From: Candidatus Marinacidobacterales bacterium
Lineage (GTDB): Bacteria > Acidobacteriota > Vicinamibacteria > Marinacidobacterales > SMYC01
Length of the DNA: 64,000 bases
Direction: 5' to 3'
Assembly: GCA_965237955.1 (NCBI GenBank)
Contig: OZ250169.1
Coordinates: forward strand, 1,664,001 to 1,728,000
Made by a program: the position numbers and the translations under genes. Positions 38,848 through 47,248 of the stretch are shown one piece after another (position 1 is the stretch's first letter; every line of letters starts with the position of its first letter). A model generated the notes under the pieces. That model searched no databases and was not told the DNA's origin. It worked only from the letters and a program-made list of their open reading frames with translations.

Positions 38848-40653
38848 ATGGACCTCCAGCAAAAGCTTGACGAGCTCCCTCAAAGCTCCGGGGTCTACAT
38901 GTTTCGCGGGCAGGGCGGGGAGATCCTCTACGTCGGCAAGGCGCTCTCTCTCAAGAGCCGGGTCCGCTCGTACTTTCAAGAGGCACGCGTCGATAGTCCC
39001 AGGCTCGATCGTCTCGTCGAGCGTATCCTCGACGTGGAAGTCGTCGTCACCGATACCGAGCGTGAAGCGCTGGTGCTCGAGAACAGCCTCATCAAGACCC
39101 ACAAGCCGAGATTCAACGTTCTCCTCCGCGACGACAAGAACCATCCCTACTTGAAGCTCACGTTGAACGAGGGCTACCCGCGTCTGTACGTGGTGCGACA
39201 GCCCGGCTCGGACGGTGCGGTTTACTCCGGGCCGTACGTTCCCGCGAGCTTGGCGCGGAAGACCGCGAATCTCGTGCACCGCCTCTTCGGCATCCGCAAT
39301 TGCCGCGAGAAGCTCAACGGCAAACGACCGAGGCCGTGCTTGCAGTATCAGATCAAACGGTGCATCGCGCCGTGTGTCGACGAAATCGTGACTCTTGCCG
39401 AGTATCGCAAAGCGGCCGAAGACGCGAAGTTGTTTCTCGAGGGCAAAAACGATGCTCTCATCGCGTCGCTGAAAAAGAAGATGCTCGAAGAAGCGGACAA
39501 CGAGCGCTTCGAGGAAGCAGCGCGGCTCAGAGACAACGTGCGCACGCTGGATGATCTCGGCGCGCGCCAGAAGATGGCGGGCGTGCGCGGCGACGAAAGC
39601 GATGTGTTCGGTCTCTATCGTGAAGGCGACAACGCGGTGCTTCAGGTGTTTTCGGTCCGTTCGGGGAAAGTGGTGGACCGTGACAGCTTTCTCCTCGAAG
39701 AGCTCGAGGTCCACGATGAAGCCGAGCTCATCGAGGCGTGTTTGAAACAGTACTACGAGCTCGGCCGTTTCCTGCCGTCTTCGATGCATATTCCCGTCGA
39801 CTTTCCCGAGCGCTTGGTCGTGGCCGAGTGGCTGAGCTCGAAGAAAGGCTCGAAGGTCGAGATTCATGTGCCCCAACGCGGGGGGAAACGGAGGCTCGTC
39901 GAGCTCGTATGCCGGAACGCCCGACTCGCCTACGAGCTCGACTTCCGCGAGGAGGGGCGCAAAGCGAGCCAGAGGCTCGATGCCCTCCGCGAAGTTCTCG
40001 AGCTTCCCGACCGGCCCGAACGTATCGAAGGGTTCGACATTTCCAACATCCAAGGTAGTGAGACCGTCGCGTCGATGGTCGCGTTCGAGCGAGGGCAGCC
40101 CAAAAGAAGCGACTACCGCAAGTACAAGATCAGAAGCGTGAAAACGGGCAAACCCGACGACTTCGCGTCCATACGAGAGGTCGTTCTCAGGCGCTATCGC
40201 CGCGTGCTGGAAGAAGGTCGGGAATTTCCAGACCTGATTCTCATCGACGGGGGCAAGGGCCAGCTAAAAGCGGCTCTCGAGGGGCTCGAGGAGTTGGGGC
40301 TTTCCCATCTGCCTACCGTCAGCTTAGCCAAGAAGGAAGAGTGGATCTTCAAGCCCGGCGCTTCCGAGCCTATTGTGCTGGATCAGCACTCGCCGGCGCG
40401 GCAACTCCTTCAGCGGGTTCGGGACGAGGCGCATCGTTTCGCCGTGACGTTTCATCGGCAGCAGCGGAAGGCGCGGGATTTGAGCTCTACGCTCGAGGCG
40501 ATTCCCGGGGTTGGGCCGAAGAAGCGGAGAAAATTGTTGACGCATTTCAAGAGTCTGAAGGGAGTGAAAGCGGCGGGGGTTGATGAGTTGCAGAAGCTCC
40601 TTGGTCCTAAGCTCGGGAAGCAAGTGCATCAGCATATTCAAGAGTTGCTTTGA
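38848..40653 (+). CDS. uvrC: Excinuclease ABC subunit C
   Basis: GVY..YVGKA GIY-YIG, FDISN, IDGGKGQ, RDEAHRFA, HhH. Confidence 0.97.
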   Translation: MDLQQKLDELPQSSGVYMFRGQGGEILYVGKALSLKSRVRSYFQEARVDSPRLDRLVERILDVEVVVTDTEREALVLENSLIKTHKPRFNVLLRDDKNHPYLKLTLNEGYPRLYVVRQPGSDGAVYSGPYVPASLARKTANLVHRLFGIRNCREKLNGKRPRPCLQYQIKRCIAPCVDEIVTLAEYRKAAEDAKLFLEGKNDALIASLKKKMLEEADNERFEEAARLRDNVRTLDDLGARQKMAGVRGDESDVFGLYREGDNAVLQVFSVRSGKVVDRDSFLLEELEVHDEAELIEACLKQYYELGRFLPSSMHIPVDFPERLVVAEWLSSKKGSKVEIHVPQRGGKRRLVELVCRNARLAYELDFREEGRKASQRLDALREVLELPDRPERIEGFDISNIQGSETVASMVAFERGQPKRSDYRKYKIRSVKTGKPDDFASIREVVLRRYRRVLEEGREFPDLILIDGGKGQLKAALEGLEELGLSHLPTVSLAKKEEWIFKPGASEPIVLDQHSPARQLLQRVRDEAHRFAVTFHRQQRKARDLSSTLEAIPGVGPKKRRKLLTHFKSLKGVKAAGVDELQKLLGPKLGKQVHQHIQELL

Positions 40654-40713
40654 GCGCTCGGGCACGGGCACGAACGGCAGCGTTTGTGCTAATCTTCGCG
40701 CGACTCAACCAGA

Positions 40714-41718
40714 ATGACGCAGGCGAAACGCGTTCTCTCCGGGATGCGGCCGACCGGGGCCGCGCACTTGGGGCATCTCCTCGGAGCGTTCCAGAACTGG
40801 GTGGCGATGCAGGACGAGCTCGACACGTTCTATTGCATCGTTGACTGGCACGCTCTGACGACGGACTACGCGGACACGTCCGAGCTCCGAGCGAATATCA
40901 AAGAGCTCGCGCTCGACTTTCTCGCCGTCGGGCTCGATCCGGAGAAGTCCACTCTGTTCGTGCAATCGCATGTTCCTGAGCACGCCGAGCTGCACTTGCT
41001 GCTTTCGATGGTGGTGCCGCTCCCGTGGCTCGAGCGGGTCCCGACCTACAAAGAGCAGATGACGCAGCTGAAGGACAAGGACCTCACCACCTACGGCTTT
41101 CTCGGATATCCGGTGCTGCAAGCGGCCGACATCCTCATGTACCGCGCGGATTTCGTCCCCGTGGGCGTGGATCAGCAGCCCCATGTCGAGCTGACGCGAG
41201 AAATTGCGCGCCGCTTCAATAATTTCTATGGCCAAGTGCTTCCGGAGCCTCAGGTCAAGCTCACGCCCACGCCCAAGCTTCCCGGTACCGATGGCCGCAA
41301 GATGTCGAAGAGCTACGGCAATACCATCGGCCTCGCCGAGGAAGAAGACAGCATTCGCCAAAAGCTCAAAACGATGATGACCGATCCGGCGCGCAAGAGG
41401 CGCACCGATCCCGGAGATCCCGCAAAATGCCCCGTGTTCGACCTCCACAAAGTGTTCTCGACGGAGAAGACGCAAAGCTGGGCCGCCGAGGGATGCCGCA
41501 CCGCAGGTATCGGCTGCATCGAGTGCAAGAGCGCTCTCGCCGATAAGGTCGTCGTGCAGCTCGAGCCCATTCGGAACCGGCGAGCGGACTATGTAAGCCG
41601 GCCCGATGACGTCCGGGATATCTACCGTGACGGTGCCCGCCGTGCCCGCGAAGTGGCGGCGAGCACGATGGCTGACGTCCGGAACGCGGTGAAGCTGGTG
41701 ACGGAGGACCAGCTGTGA
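40714..41718 (+). CDS. trpS: Tryptophanyl-tRNA synthetase
   Basis: SGMRPTG..HLGH, YPVLQAADI, KMSKS. Confidence 0.97.
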   Translation: MTQAKRVLSGMRPTGAAHLGHLLGAFQNWVAMQDELDTFYCIVDWHALTTDYADTSELRANIKELALDFLAVGLDPEKSTLFVQSHVPEHAELHLLLSMVVPLPWLERVPTYKEQMTQLKDKDLTTYGFLGYPVLQAADILMYRADFVPVGVDQQPHVELTREIARRFNNFYGQVLPEPQVKLTPTPKLPGTDGRKMSKSYGNTIGLAEEEDSIRQKLKTMMTDPARKRRTDPGDPAKCPVFDLHKVFSTEKTQSWAAEGCRTAGIGCIECKSALADKVVVQLEPIRNRRADYVSRPDDVRDIYRDGARRAREVAASTMADVRNAVKLVTEDQL

Positions 41719-42512
41719 GCCTGGCCAAGCTCTACTTCGGTCCCGGAACCGTCGAAAGCGGTGACCTCGAGCCCAAGTACCACGTTCGCCTTCCCGTTTT
41801 CGACGGGCCGTTGGACCTCCTGTTGCATCTGATCCGGAAGAACGAAGTCGAGATCTACGATATCCCCATCGCCGACATCACCAAGCAGTACCTCGAGATT
41901 CTCGAGCTCATGGAAGAGCTCAACTTGGATCTCGCCGGCGAGTTCCTGGTGATGGCGGCGACGCTCATCCACATCAAGTCGAAGATGTTGCTACCGCCCC
42001 CGCACGAGGACGGTACCGAGGACGAAGAGACGGAAGACCCGCGGGCGGTGCTGGTCGCACGTCTGCTCGAGTACGAGCGTTACAAAGAAGCGGCGCAGCA
42101 GCTACATCAACAAGAGGAGATCCGCAACGCCACGTGGGCGCGCCCGGATTCTGTTCAACACGCAACCGAAGGTTCCGATGGACACGAGGCGCAAGAGAGC
42201 CTCATCGAGGTCAACCTGTTCGAGCTCATCAGCGCGTTCCGGGAAGTTCTCGAGCGGGTACGCCAGCGCGCCGATCTCATCGTCCACCGCGAGGCGATTT
42301 CCATCGAGGAGATGATCCGGCGGCTGGACGCGCGTCTCCAGGTGAACGAGCAATGCACGTTCGTCCAGCTTTTCGATGACGCAACCGACCGGGCCACCGT
42401 GATCGCGACCTTCCTTGCTATTCTCGAGATGGTTCGTCTGCGCACGTTGAAGATCTACCAGCAGCAGCTCTTCGGCACCATCCATGTCATGCGCTTCCCC
42501 GATGCAGAATGA
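41715..42512 (+). CDS. scpA: Segregation/condensation protein A
   Basis: FDGPLDLLLHLI, EFLVMAATL, FLAILE. Confidence 0.95.
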   Translation: MSLAKLYFGPGTVESGDLEPKYHVRLPVFDGPLDLLLHLIRKNEVEIYDIPIADITKQYLEILELMEELNLDLAGEFLVMAATLIHIKSKMLLPPPHEDGTEDEETEDPRAVLVARLLEYERYKEAAQQLHQQEEIRNATWARPDSVQHATEGSDGHEAQESLIEVNLFELISAFREVLERVRQRADLIVHREAISIEEMIRRLDARLQVNEQCTFVQLFDDATDRATVIATFLAILEMVRLRTLKIYQQQLFGTIHVMRFPDAE

Positions 42513-43222
42513 AGCCGAATAAGCTCGAGAGCGAAAAGGAAAACACAGAAGAGCTACCGGGCCTCCCGCTCGAGGAGGTCCGCGCGAGCGTTGAAGCCCT
42601 CCTCTACGCATCGGGGGATCCAATCCCGATGCGCTCGCTCAAAAAGGTCTTTCCGGAGGCACGCGATCTCGTCAACGACGCGCTTTCGAGCTTGAAAGAG
42701 ATCTACGAGCAGCCCGGGAGAGGCTTGCAGCTCATCGAGGTGGCCGGCGGGTGGCAGATCACGACGCGGCCGGAATACCATGAGCGGGTCGGTCGTCTCT
42801 TCGACAGCCCGCGTCCATCGCGGCTTTCGATCCAGGCGCTCGAGACGCTGGCGGTGATCGCATACCGCCAACCGGCGACCGTTCCCGAGATCATGGAGCT
42901 CCGGGGCGTGCGCTCCGCCGGAATCGTGCGAACACTTCTCGAGAGAAAACTGGTCAAGATCGTGGGCCGCAAGAAAATCGTGGGCCACCCGCTGCTGTAT
43001 GGAACTACGAAAGAGTTCCTGGTCCGTTTCGGCCTAAAGAACGTGAAGGACCTTCCGCAGCTCAAAGACATGTCCGAAGTCTTCGGCGACGAAGTAGCGC
43101 AGCAATTAGAAACGCTAGACCAACTAGACGAAGCAAAAGAGGAAGTAGAAATAGAACCGTTACCGGAGACTGAAATCTTCACCGACGAGCAAGACGTCAC
43201 CGAGCGAGAGGCTGATGGCTGA
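42509..43222 (+). CDS. scpB: Segregation/condensation protein B
   Basis: EALL, LETLAVIAYRQP, YGTTKEFL. Confidence 0.95.
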   Translation: MKPNKLESEKENTEELPGLPLEEVRASVEALLYASGDPIPMRSLKKVFPEARDLVNDALSSLKEIYEQPGRGLQLIEVAGGWQITTRPEYHERVGRLFDSPRPSRLSIQALETLAVIAYRQPATVPEIMELRGVRSAGIVRTLLERKLVKIVGRKKIVGHPLLYGTTKEFLVRFGLKNVKDLPQLKDMSEVFGDEVAQQLETLDQLDEAKEEVEIEPLPETEIFTDEQDVTEREADG

Positions 43223-43238
43223 TGGCCGATGGCCGATG
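43211..43238 (+). repeat. 7-nt tandem repeat GCYGATG x4
   Basis: GCTGATG GCTGATG GCCGATG GCCGATG across the scpB/rluB junction. Confidence 0.9.
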
Positions 43239-44014
43239 ACGCAGCAATGAAGCAACGATTACAGAAGATCCTCAGTCATGCTGGCATCGCGTCACGCCGC
43301 GCCGCCGAACAGCTCATTCTGGAAGGTGCGGTCACCGTCGACGGCCACGTGGTCAAGGTGCTCGGAAGCTCCGCCGACCCCGATACTCAGGACATTCGCG
43401 TGGACGGCGCTCGTGTGCGAGCGCGCTCGGCGCGTCGCTATTTCGCGCTCAACAAACCCGCGGGCTACGTCACCACCCGCTCCGACCCGAGCCGCCGGAA
43501 AACCGTGATGGAGCTTTTGCCCATCTCGTTCCAGAGCGTGTTCCCAATAGGTCGTCTCGACATGGCGAGCTCCGGCCTTCTCGTGCTCACCGACGATGGC
43601 GAGCTCGCTCAGCGCCTTACCCACCCGAAATACCGTGTCGAGAAAACCTATCTCGCTACCGTCATGGGAATACCCGGGCCGAATGTCTTGACCAAAGCCT
43701 CTCGCGGTATCGTCGTCGATGGCGAGCGCCTCTCGATCGATCGCGCGCGCGTTGTGACGACGCGCCGGAGCCGCGACGCCGCCAAACCGCGGACCCGCAT
43801 TCGGGTCACTCTACGTCAAGGGCGAAACCGCGAGATCCGGCGTTTGTTCCGAGCGCTCGGCCATCCCGTCGTTGAATTGCATCGCGAGCAAATCGGGACG
43901 CTATCGGTCGTGGGCATTGCTCCCGGCGCCTTCCGCCGTCTGACGCCACAGGAGATCGCCGAGCTTCAAGGTGAGACCGCTCCCAAGCGATCCCGCCGGA
44001 CAAGAGTGAAATAG
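43229..44014 (+). CDS. rluB: rRNA pseudouridine synthase (RluB/RsuA family)
   Basis: S4 domain RLQKIL..SRR; GRLD; GRNREIRR (start may be ATG 43247). Confidence 0.9.
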   Translation: MADDAAMKQRLQKILSHAGIASRRAAEQLILEGAVTVDGHVVKVLGSSADPDTQDIRVDGARVRARSARRYFALNKPAGYVTTRSDPSRRKTVMELLPISFQSVFPIGRLDMASSGLLVLTDDGELAQRLTHPKYRVEKTYLATVMGIPGPNVLTKASRGIVVDGERLSIDRARVVTTRRSRDAAKPRTRIRVTLRQGRNREIRRLFRALGHPVVELHREQIGTLSVVGIAPGAFRRLTPQEIAELQGETAPKRSRRTRVK

Positions 44015-44021
44015 GGGTGAA

Positions 44022-44690
44022 ATGACCAGGCGCCCGATCATCGCCATCGACGGCCCCGCCGGCGCCGGCAAAACGACGGCCGCGCGCAACTTGGCTGACC
44101 ACCTGGATCTCGTCTACCTCGATACCGGGGCGACGTTTCGCGCGATCGCGCTGAAAGCACTGAGGGAGGGTGTCGACCTGTCCGACGAAGCGGCGATCAC
44201 AGCCTTGGCCGAAAGCTCCGATATCCGATTTGCCAGCGATCGCCTCGAGCGCATTCTGCTCGATGGGGAAGATGTGAGCGAAGCCATTCGCGCGCAGGCT
44301 GTCGCCAACGCGTCGTCCGCCGTGGCGGTCCATCCGAGCCTGCGGGCTCTTCTCGTCGAGCTGTGGCGGAAGATCGGCGACAACGGCGGCGTCGTGCTCG
44401 AAGGACGAGACATCGGCACCGTGGTGTTCCCCGACGCCGAGATCAAGTTCTTCCTCGATGCCCGCCCCGAAGCGCGCGCGAAGCGACGCTTCTCCGAGCA
44501 GTCCGAAAAAGAAGAAGTGACCATCGAGCGCGTCACCAAAGACCTCGAGGTAAGAGACAAAGCTGACCGCACCCGCCAACACGCGCCCCTCCGACGAGCC
44601 GAAGACGCCATCGAAGTCGACACCACCCACCTAACCCCCGAACAAACCCTAAACCGCTTACTAAAAGAAGCCCAAAAACGCCTCCTTTAG
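44022..44690 (+). CDS. cmk: Cytidylate kinase
   Basis: IDGPAGAGKTT, DTGA, EGRDIGTVVFPDA. Confidence 0.97.
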   Translation: MTRRPIIAIDGPAGAGKTTAARNLADHLDLVYLDTGATFRAIALKALREGVDLSDEAAITALAESSDIRFASDRLERILLDGEDVSEAIRAQAVANASSAVAVHPSLRALLVELWRKIGDNGGVVLEGRDIGTVVFPDAEIKFFLDARPEARAKRRFSEQSEKEEVTIERVTKDLEVRDKADRTRQHAPLRRAEDAIEVDTTHLTPEQTLNRLLKEAQKRLL

Positions 44691-44754
44691 CACCACTCAT
44701 TCACCCGAAGGCAAGCGGGCTCAAACGTTCATCTTTGGCGAGATGCCTCCTACC

Positions 44755-44781
44755 GCCGAATGCCGAATGCCGAATGCCGAT
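44755..44781 (+). repeat. 7-nt tandem repeat GCCGAAT x3 + GCCGAT
   Basis: Read directly; immediately upstream of rpsA promoter. Confidence 0.9.
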
Positions 44782-44785
44782 CGGC

Positions 44786-44815
44786 TTGACATAACCCAAT
44801 TAAATAGAGTAGGAT
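44786..44815 (+). promoter_or_regulatory. Sigma70-type promoter of rpsA
   Basis: TTGACA-N18-TAGGAT. Confidence 0.75.
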
Positions 44816-44930
44816 AACGGCTTGCAGGTCAGCCCGCCCTTGTAGAAGCGAGCCCATCCAAAATCCTTTCTTGGCGGAACGAGTGCGCGCCTGTAAATCG
44901 TTCGAGTTCTAGGAGGAACCAAACCAGGTC

Positions 44931-46769
44931 ATGGTGGAAACCAACAACGCTGAAAGCCTCATCGAAGGAGGGGACATAGCGCAAGAAGACTTCATTCCGG
45001 CTGCGGAATACGAAAAGCTGCTGGAGGCGTACAACACCAATATCACCGAAGGCGAAGTCGTCAAAGGTAAAGTGCTGCAAGTTTCGGATAGCGAAGTCGT
45101 GGTCGACGTCGGATACAAATCCGAAGGCATGATCAACGTCAACGAGTTTCGTAACGAGAAAGGCGAAGTCACCGTCAAGGCAGGCGATACCGTCGACGTG
45201 CTGCTCGAGAAAGCAGAAGACAAAAACGGCTACCTCGTTTTGTCCCGCGAAAAAGCCGAGAAGATGAAGGTCTGGGACGTCATCGAAGAAGCCTACCAGA
45301 ACAAAACGATCGTGAAAGGTCGCGTCATCGAGCGCATCAAAGGAGGCCTCGCGGTGGACATCGGTGTCCGCGCGTTCCTTCCCGGCTCTCAAGTCGATGT
45401 GCGTCCGGTTCGAAACCTCGACAGCATGAGGGGCCAAGACCTCGAGATGCGGGTCATCAAGGTCAACAAGAAGCGCGGCAATATCGTGTTGTCCCGCAAG
45501 GTCGTGCTCGAAGAGCACCTAACCGAGCGCAAATCCGAAACCCTGGAGGCTCTCGAAGAGGGTCGGGTGTTCCGCGGCGTGGTGAAAAACCTCACCGACT
45601 ACGGTGCTTTCATCGACCTCGGCGGCATCGACGGTCTTCTCCACATCACCGATATGTCGTTCGGCCGGATCCAGCACCCGTCGGAGCTCTTCAATGTGGG
45701 CGACCAGACGGAAGTCGTCGTTCTGAAGTTCGACCGGGAGACCGAGCGAGTCTCCCTCGGCTACAAGCAGCTGGCGCCCGATCCGTGGGAATCGGCTCAA
45801 GAGAGCTTTCCCATCGGCACCAGGGTCAAGGGCAAAGTCGTGAGCCTCACGGATTATGGCGCTTTCGTCGAGCTCAAGCCCGGAGTCGAAGGGCTCATCC
45901 ATGTCTCGGAAATGTCATGGAGCAAGCGGGTCAAGCACCCATCGAAGGTCTTGAACGTTGGAGATGAAATCGAGGCCATGGTGCTCCAGGTGGACGCCGG
46001 CGAGCGCCGCATCAGCCTCGGCCTGAAGCAGGTCGAGCCCAACCCCTGGCAACAGCTCGCGGACAAGTACGAGACCGGTGCCCGCATCGAAGGCACGGTT
46101 CGAAATCTCACTGATTTTGGCGCGTTCGTCGAAGTCGAAGAAGGTATCGACGGACTCATCCACATTTCCGATATGAGATGGAGCAAACGGGTCGCGCATC
46201 CTTCGGAGGTCTTGAAGAAGGGCGACACCGTCGACGCCGTGGTGCTCAGCATCGACGCCGAGAACCAGCGCCTGTCGCTCGGGCTCAAACAGCTCGGCGA
46301 AGACGTGTGGGAAGAGTTCTTCAATCGCCAGCAAGAGGGTGACGTCGTCGACGGCAAAGTCGTGCGGCTTACGAATTTCGGAGCGTTCGTCGAGATCGAA
46401 GAAGGCATCGAAGGGCTTCTCCACGTCTCCGAGGTGGACGACGAGCGCATCGAAAAGCCAGAAGACAAGGTCGCGGTCGGCAAGTCCTACCGTATGAAGA
46501 TCATCAAGATTTCGCCGCTCGAGCGGAAGATCGGACTCTCCATCCGCGCCGTCAACATCGAGGACTACGAGGCTCACTACTCGAGCCAAGGCTCGGCCAA
46601 CGCCACCCTCGGTGACGTGGCGGATTTCGACGCCGACTGGGGTTCTAGCTCGAGAGCGAACCCCGAGGCCGAAACGACAGAGGCAGAGGCAGAGACGGTG
46701 ATGGAATCGGAGACGGAACCGGAGAAGGAATCGCCAGAGAAGCCAGAGAAGCCGGTTAAGGAAGAATAG
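44931..46769 (+). CDS. rpsA: 30S ribosomal protein S1
   Basis: Six S1 repeats (DYGAFV/IDL..GLxH..), follows cmk. Confidence 0.98.
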   Translation: MVETNNAESLIEGGDIAQEDFIPAAEYEKLLEAYNTNITEGEVVKGKVLQVSDSEVVVDVGYKSEGMINVNEFRNEKGEVTVKAGDTVDVLLEKAEDKNGYLVLSREKAEKMKVWDVIEEAYQNKTIVKGRVIERIKGGLAVDIGVRAFLPGSQVDVRPVRNLDSMRGQDLEMRVIKVNKKRGNIVLSRKVVLEEHLTERKSETLEALEEGRVFRGVVKNLTDYGAFIDLGGIDGLLHITDMSFGRIQHPSELFNVGDQTEVVVLKFDRETERVSLGYKQLAPDPWESAQESFPIGTRVKGKVVSLTDYGAFVELKPGVEGLIHVSEMSWSKRVKHPSKVLNVGDEIEAMVLQVDAGERRISLGLKQVEPNPWQQLADKYETGARIEGTVRNLTDFGAFVEVEEGIDGLIHISDMRWSKRVAHPSEVLKKGDTVDAVVLSIDAENQRLSLGLKQLGEDVWEEFFNRQQEGDVVDGKVVRLTNFGAFVEIEEGIEGLLHVSEVDDERIEKPEDKVAVGKSYRMKIIKISPLERKIGLSIRAVNIEDYEAHYSSQGSANATLGDVADFDADWGSSSRANPEAETTEAEAETVMESETEPEKESPEKPEKPVKEE

Positions 46770-46773
46770 CCCG

Positions 46774-46802
46774 GCGGCTCGTCCGAGAGCCGCTCGATTT
46801 TT
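46774..46802 (+). terminator. Possible intrinsic terminator/attenuator after rpsA
   Basis: GCGGCTC-N6-GAGCCGC then TCGATTTTT. Confidence 0.45.
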
Positions 46803-46820
46803 GAGAAGGGAGTCTTTCAG

Positions 46821-47129
46821 ATGACGAAAGCGGAACTGATCGAAGAGGTGTCGCGAGTTTCGGATCTAACCAAGAAACACTCTGAGATCATCGTCGACAC
46901 CGTTTTCAAGAGCATCATCAATGCTCTTCACCGTGGTGACAAGATCGAGCTTCGGGGGTTCGGCAGCTTTCGTACCCGGCAGCGGGAGTCCCGCACGGGG
47001 CGCAACCCGAAAACAGGTGAGCGTGTCGACGTGCCCGCCAAGAAAGTTCCCTACTTCAAGCCGGGCAAAGAGCTGAAGGAGCTGATCAACCAGCCTCAAG
47101 AACGCCTCGAGGGAGCGCAGCAGGAATAA
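46821..47129 (+). CDS. ihfB: Integration host factor beta / HU family
   Basis: MTKAELI, IELRGFGSF, GRNPKTG, PYFKPGKEL; rpsA synteny. Confidence 0.9.
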   Translation: MTKAELIEEVSRVSDLTKKHSEIIVDTVFKSIINALHRGDKIELRGFGSFRTRQRESRTGRNPKTGERVDVPAKKVPYFKPGKELKELINQPQERLEGAQQE

Positions 47130-47227
47130 ACGCCGCTCGCTGCTCTTGGGTGGAGGTCTCGCTTCGTGGTAATGGCCCTGTCGGGCCAGGGCGTCGCTCG
47201 TTCCGTTTGGAGTAGTCTGAGACCGAA

Positions 47228-47248
47228 CACTGAGCACTGAGCACTGAG
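47228..47248 (+). repeat. 7-nt tandem repeat CACTGAG x3
   Basis: Read directly; abuts icmF start. Confidence 0.85.

Noticed and set aside
45560-46770. Internal repeats and purine-rich tail of rpsA
   Set aside because: Ordinary S1 domain repeats; the tail composition follows from Glu/Lys/Thr content.
47130-47247. Cobalamin riboswitch upstream of icmF
   Set aside because: Spacer is only about 120 nt and lacks the recognisable B12-box/GGGAA core.
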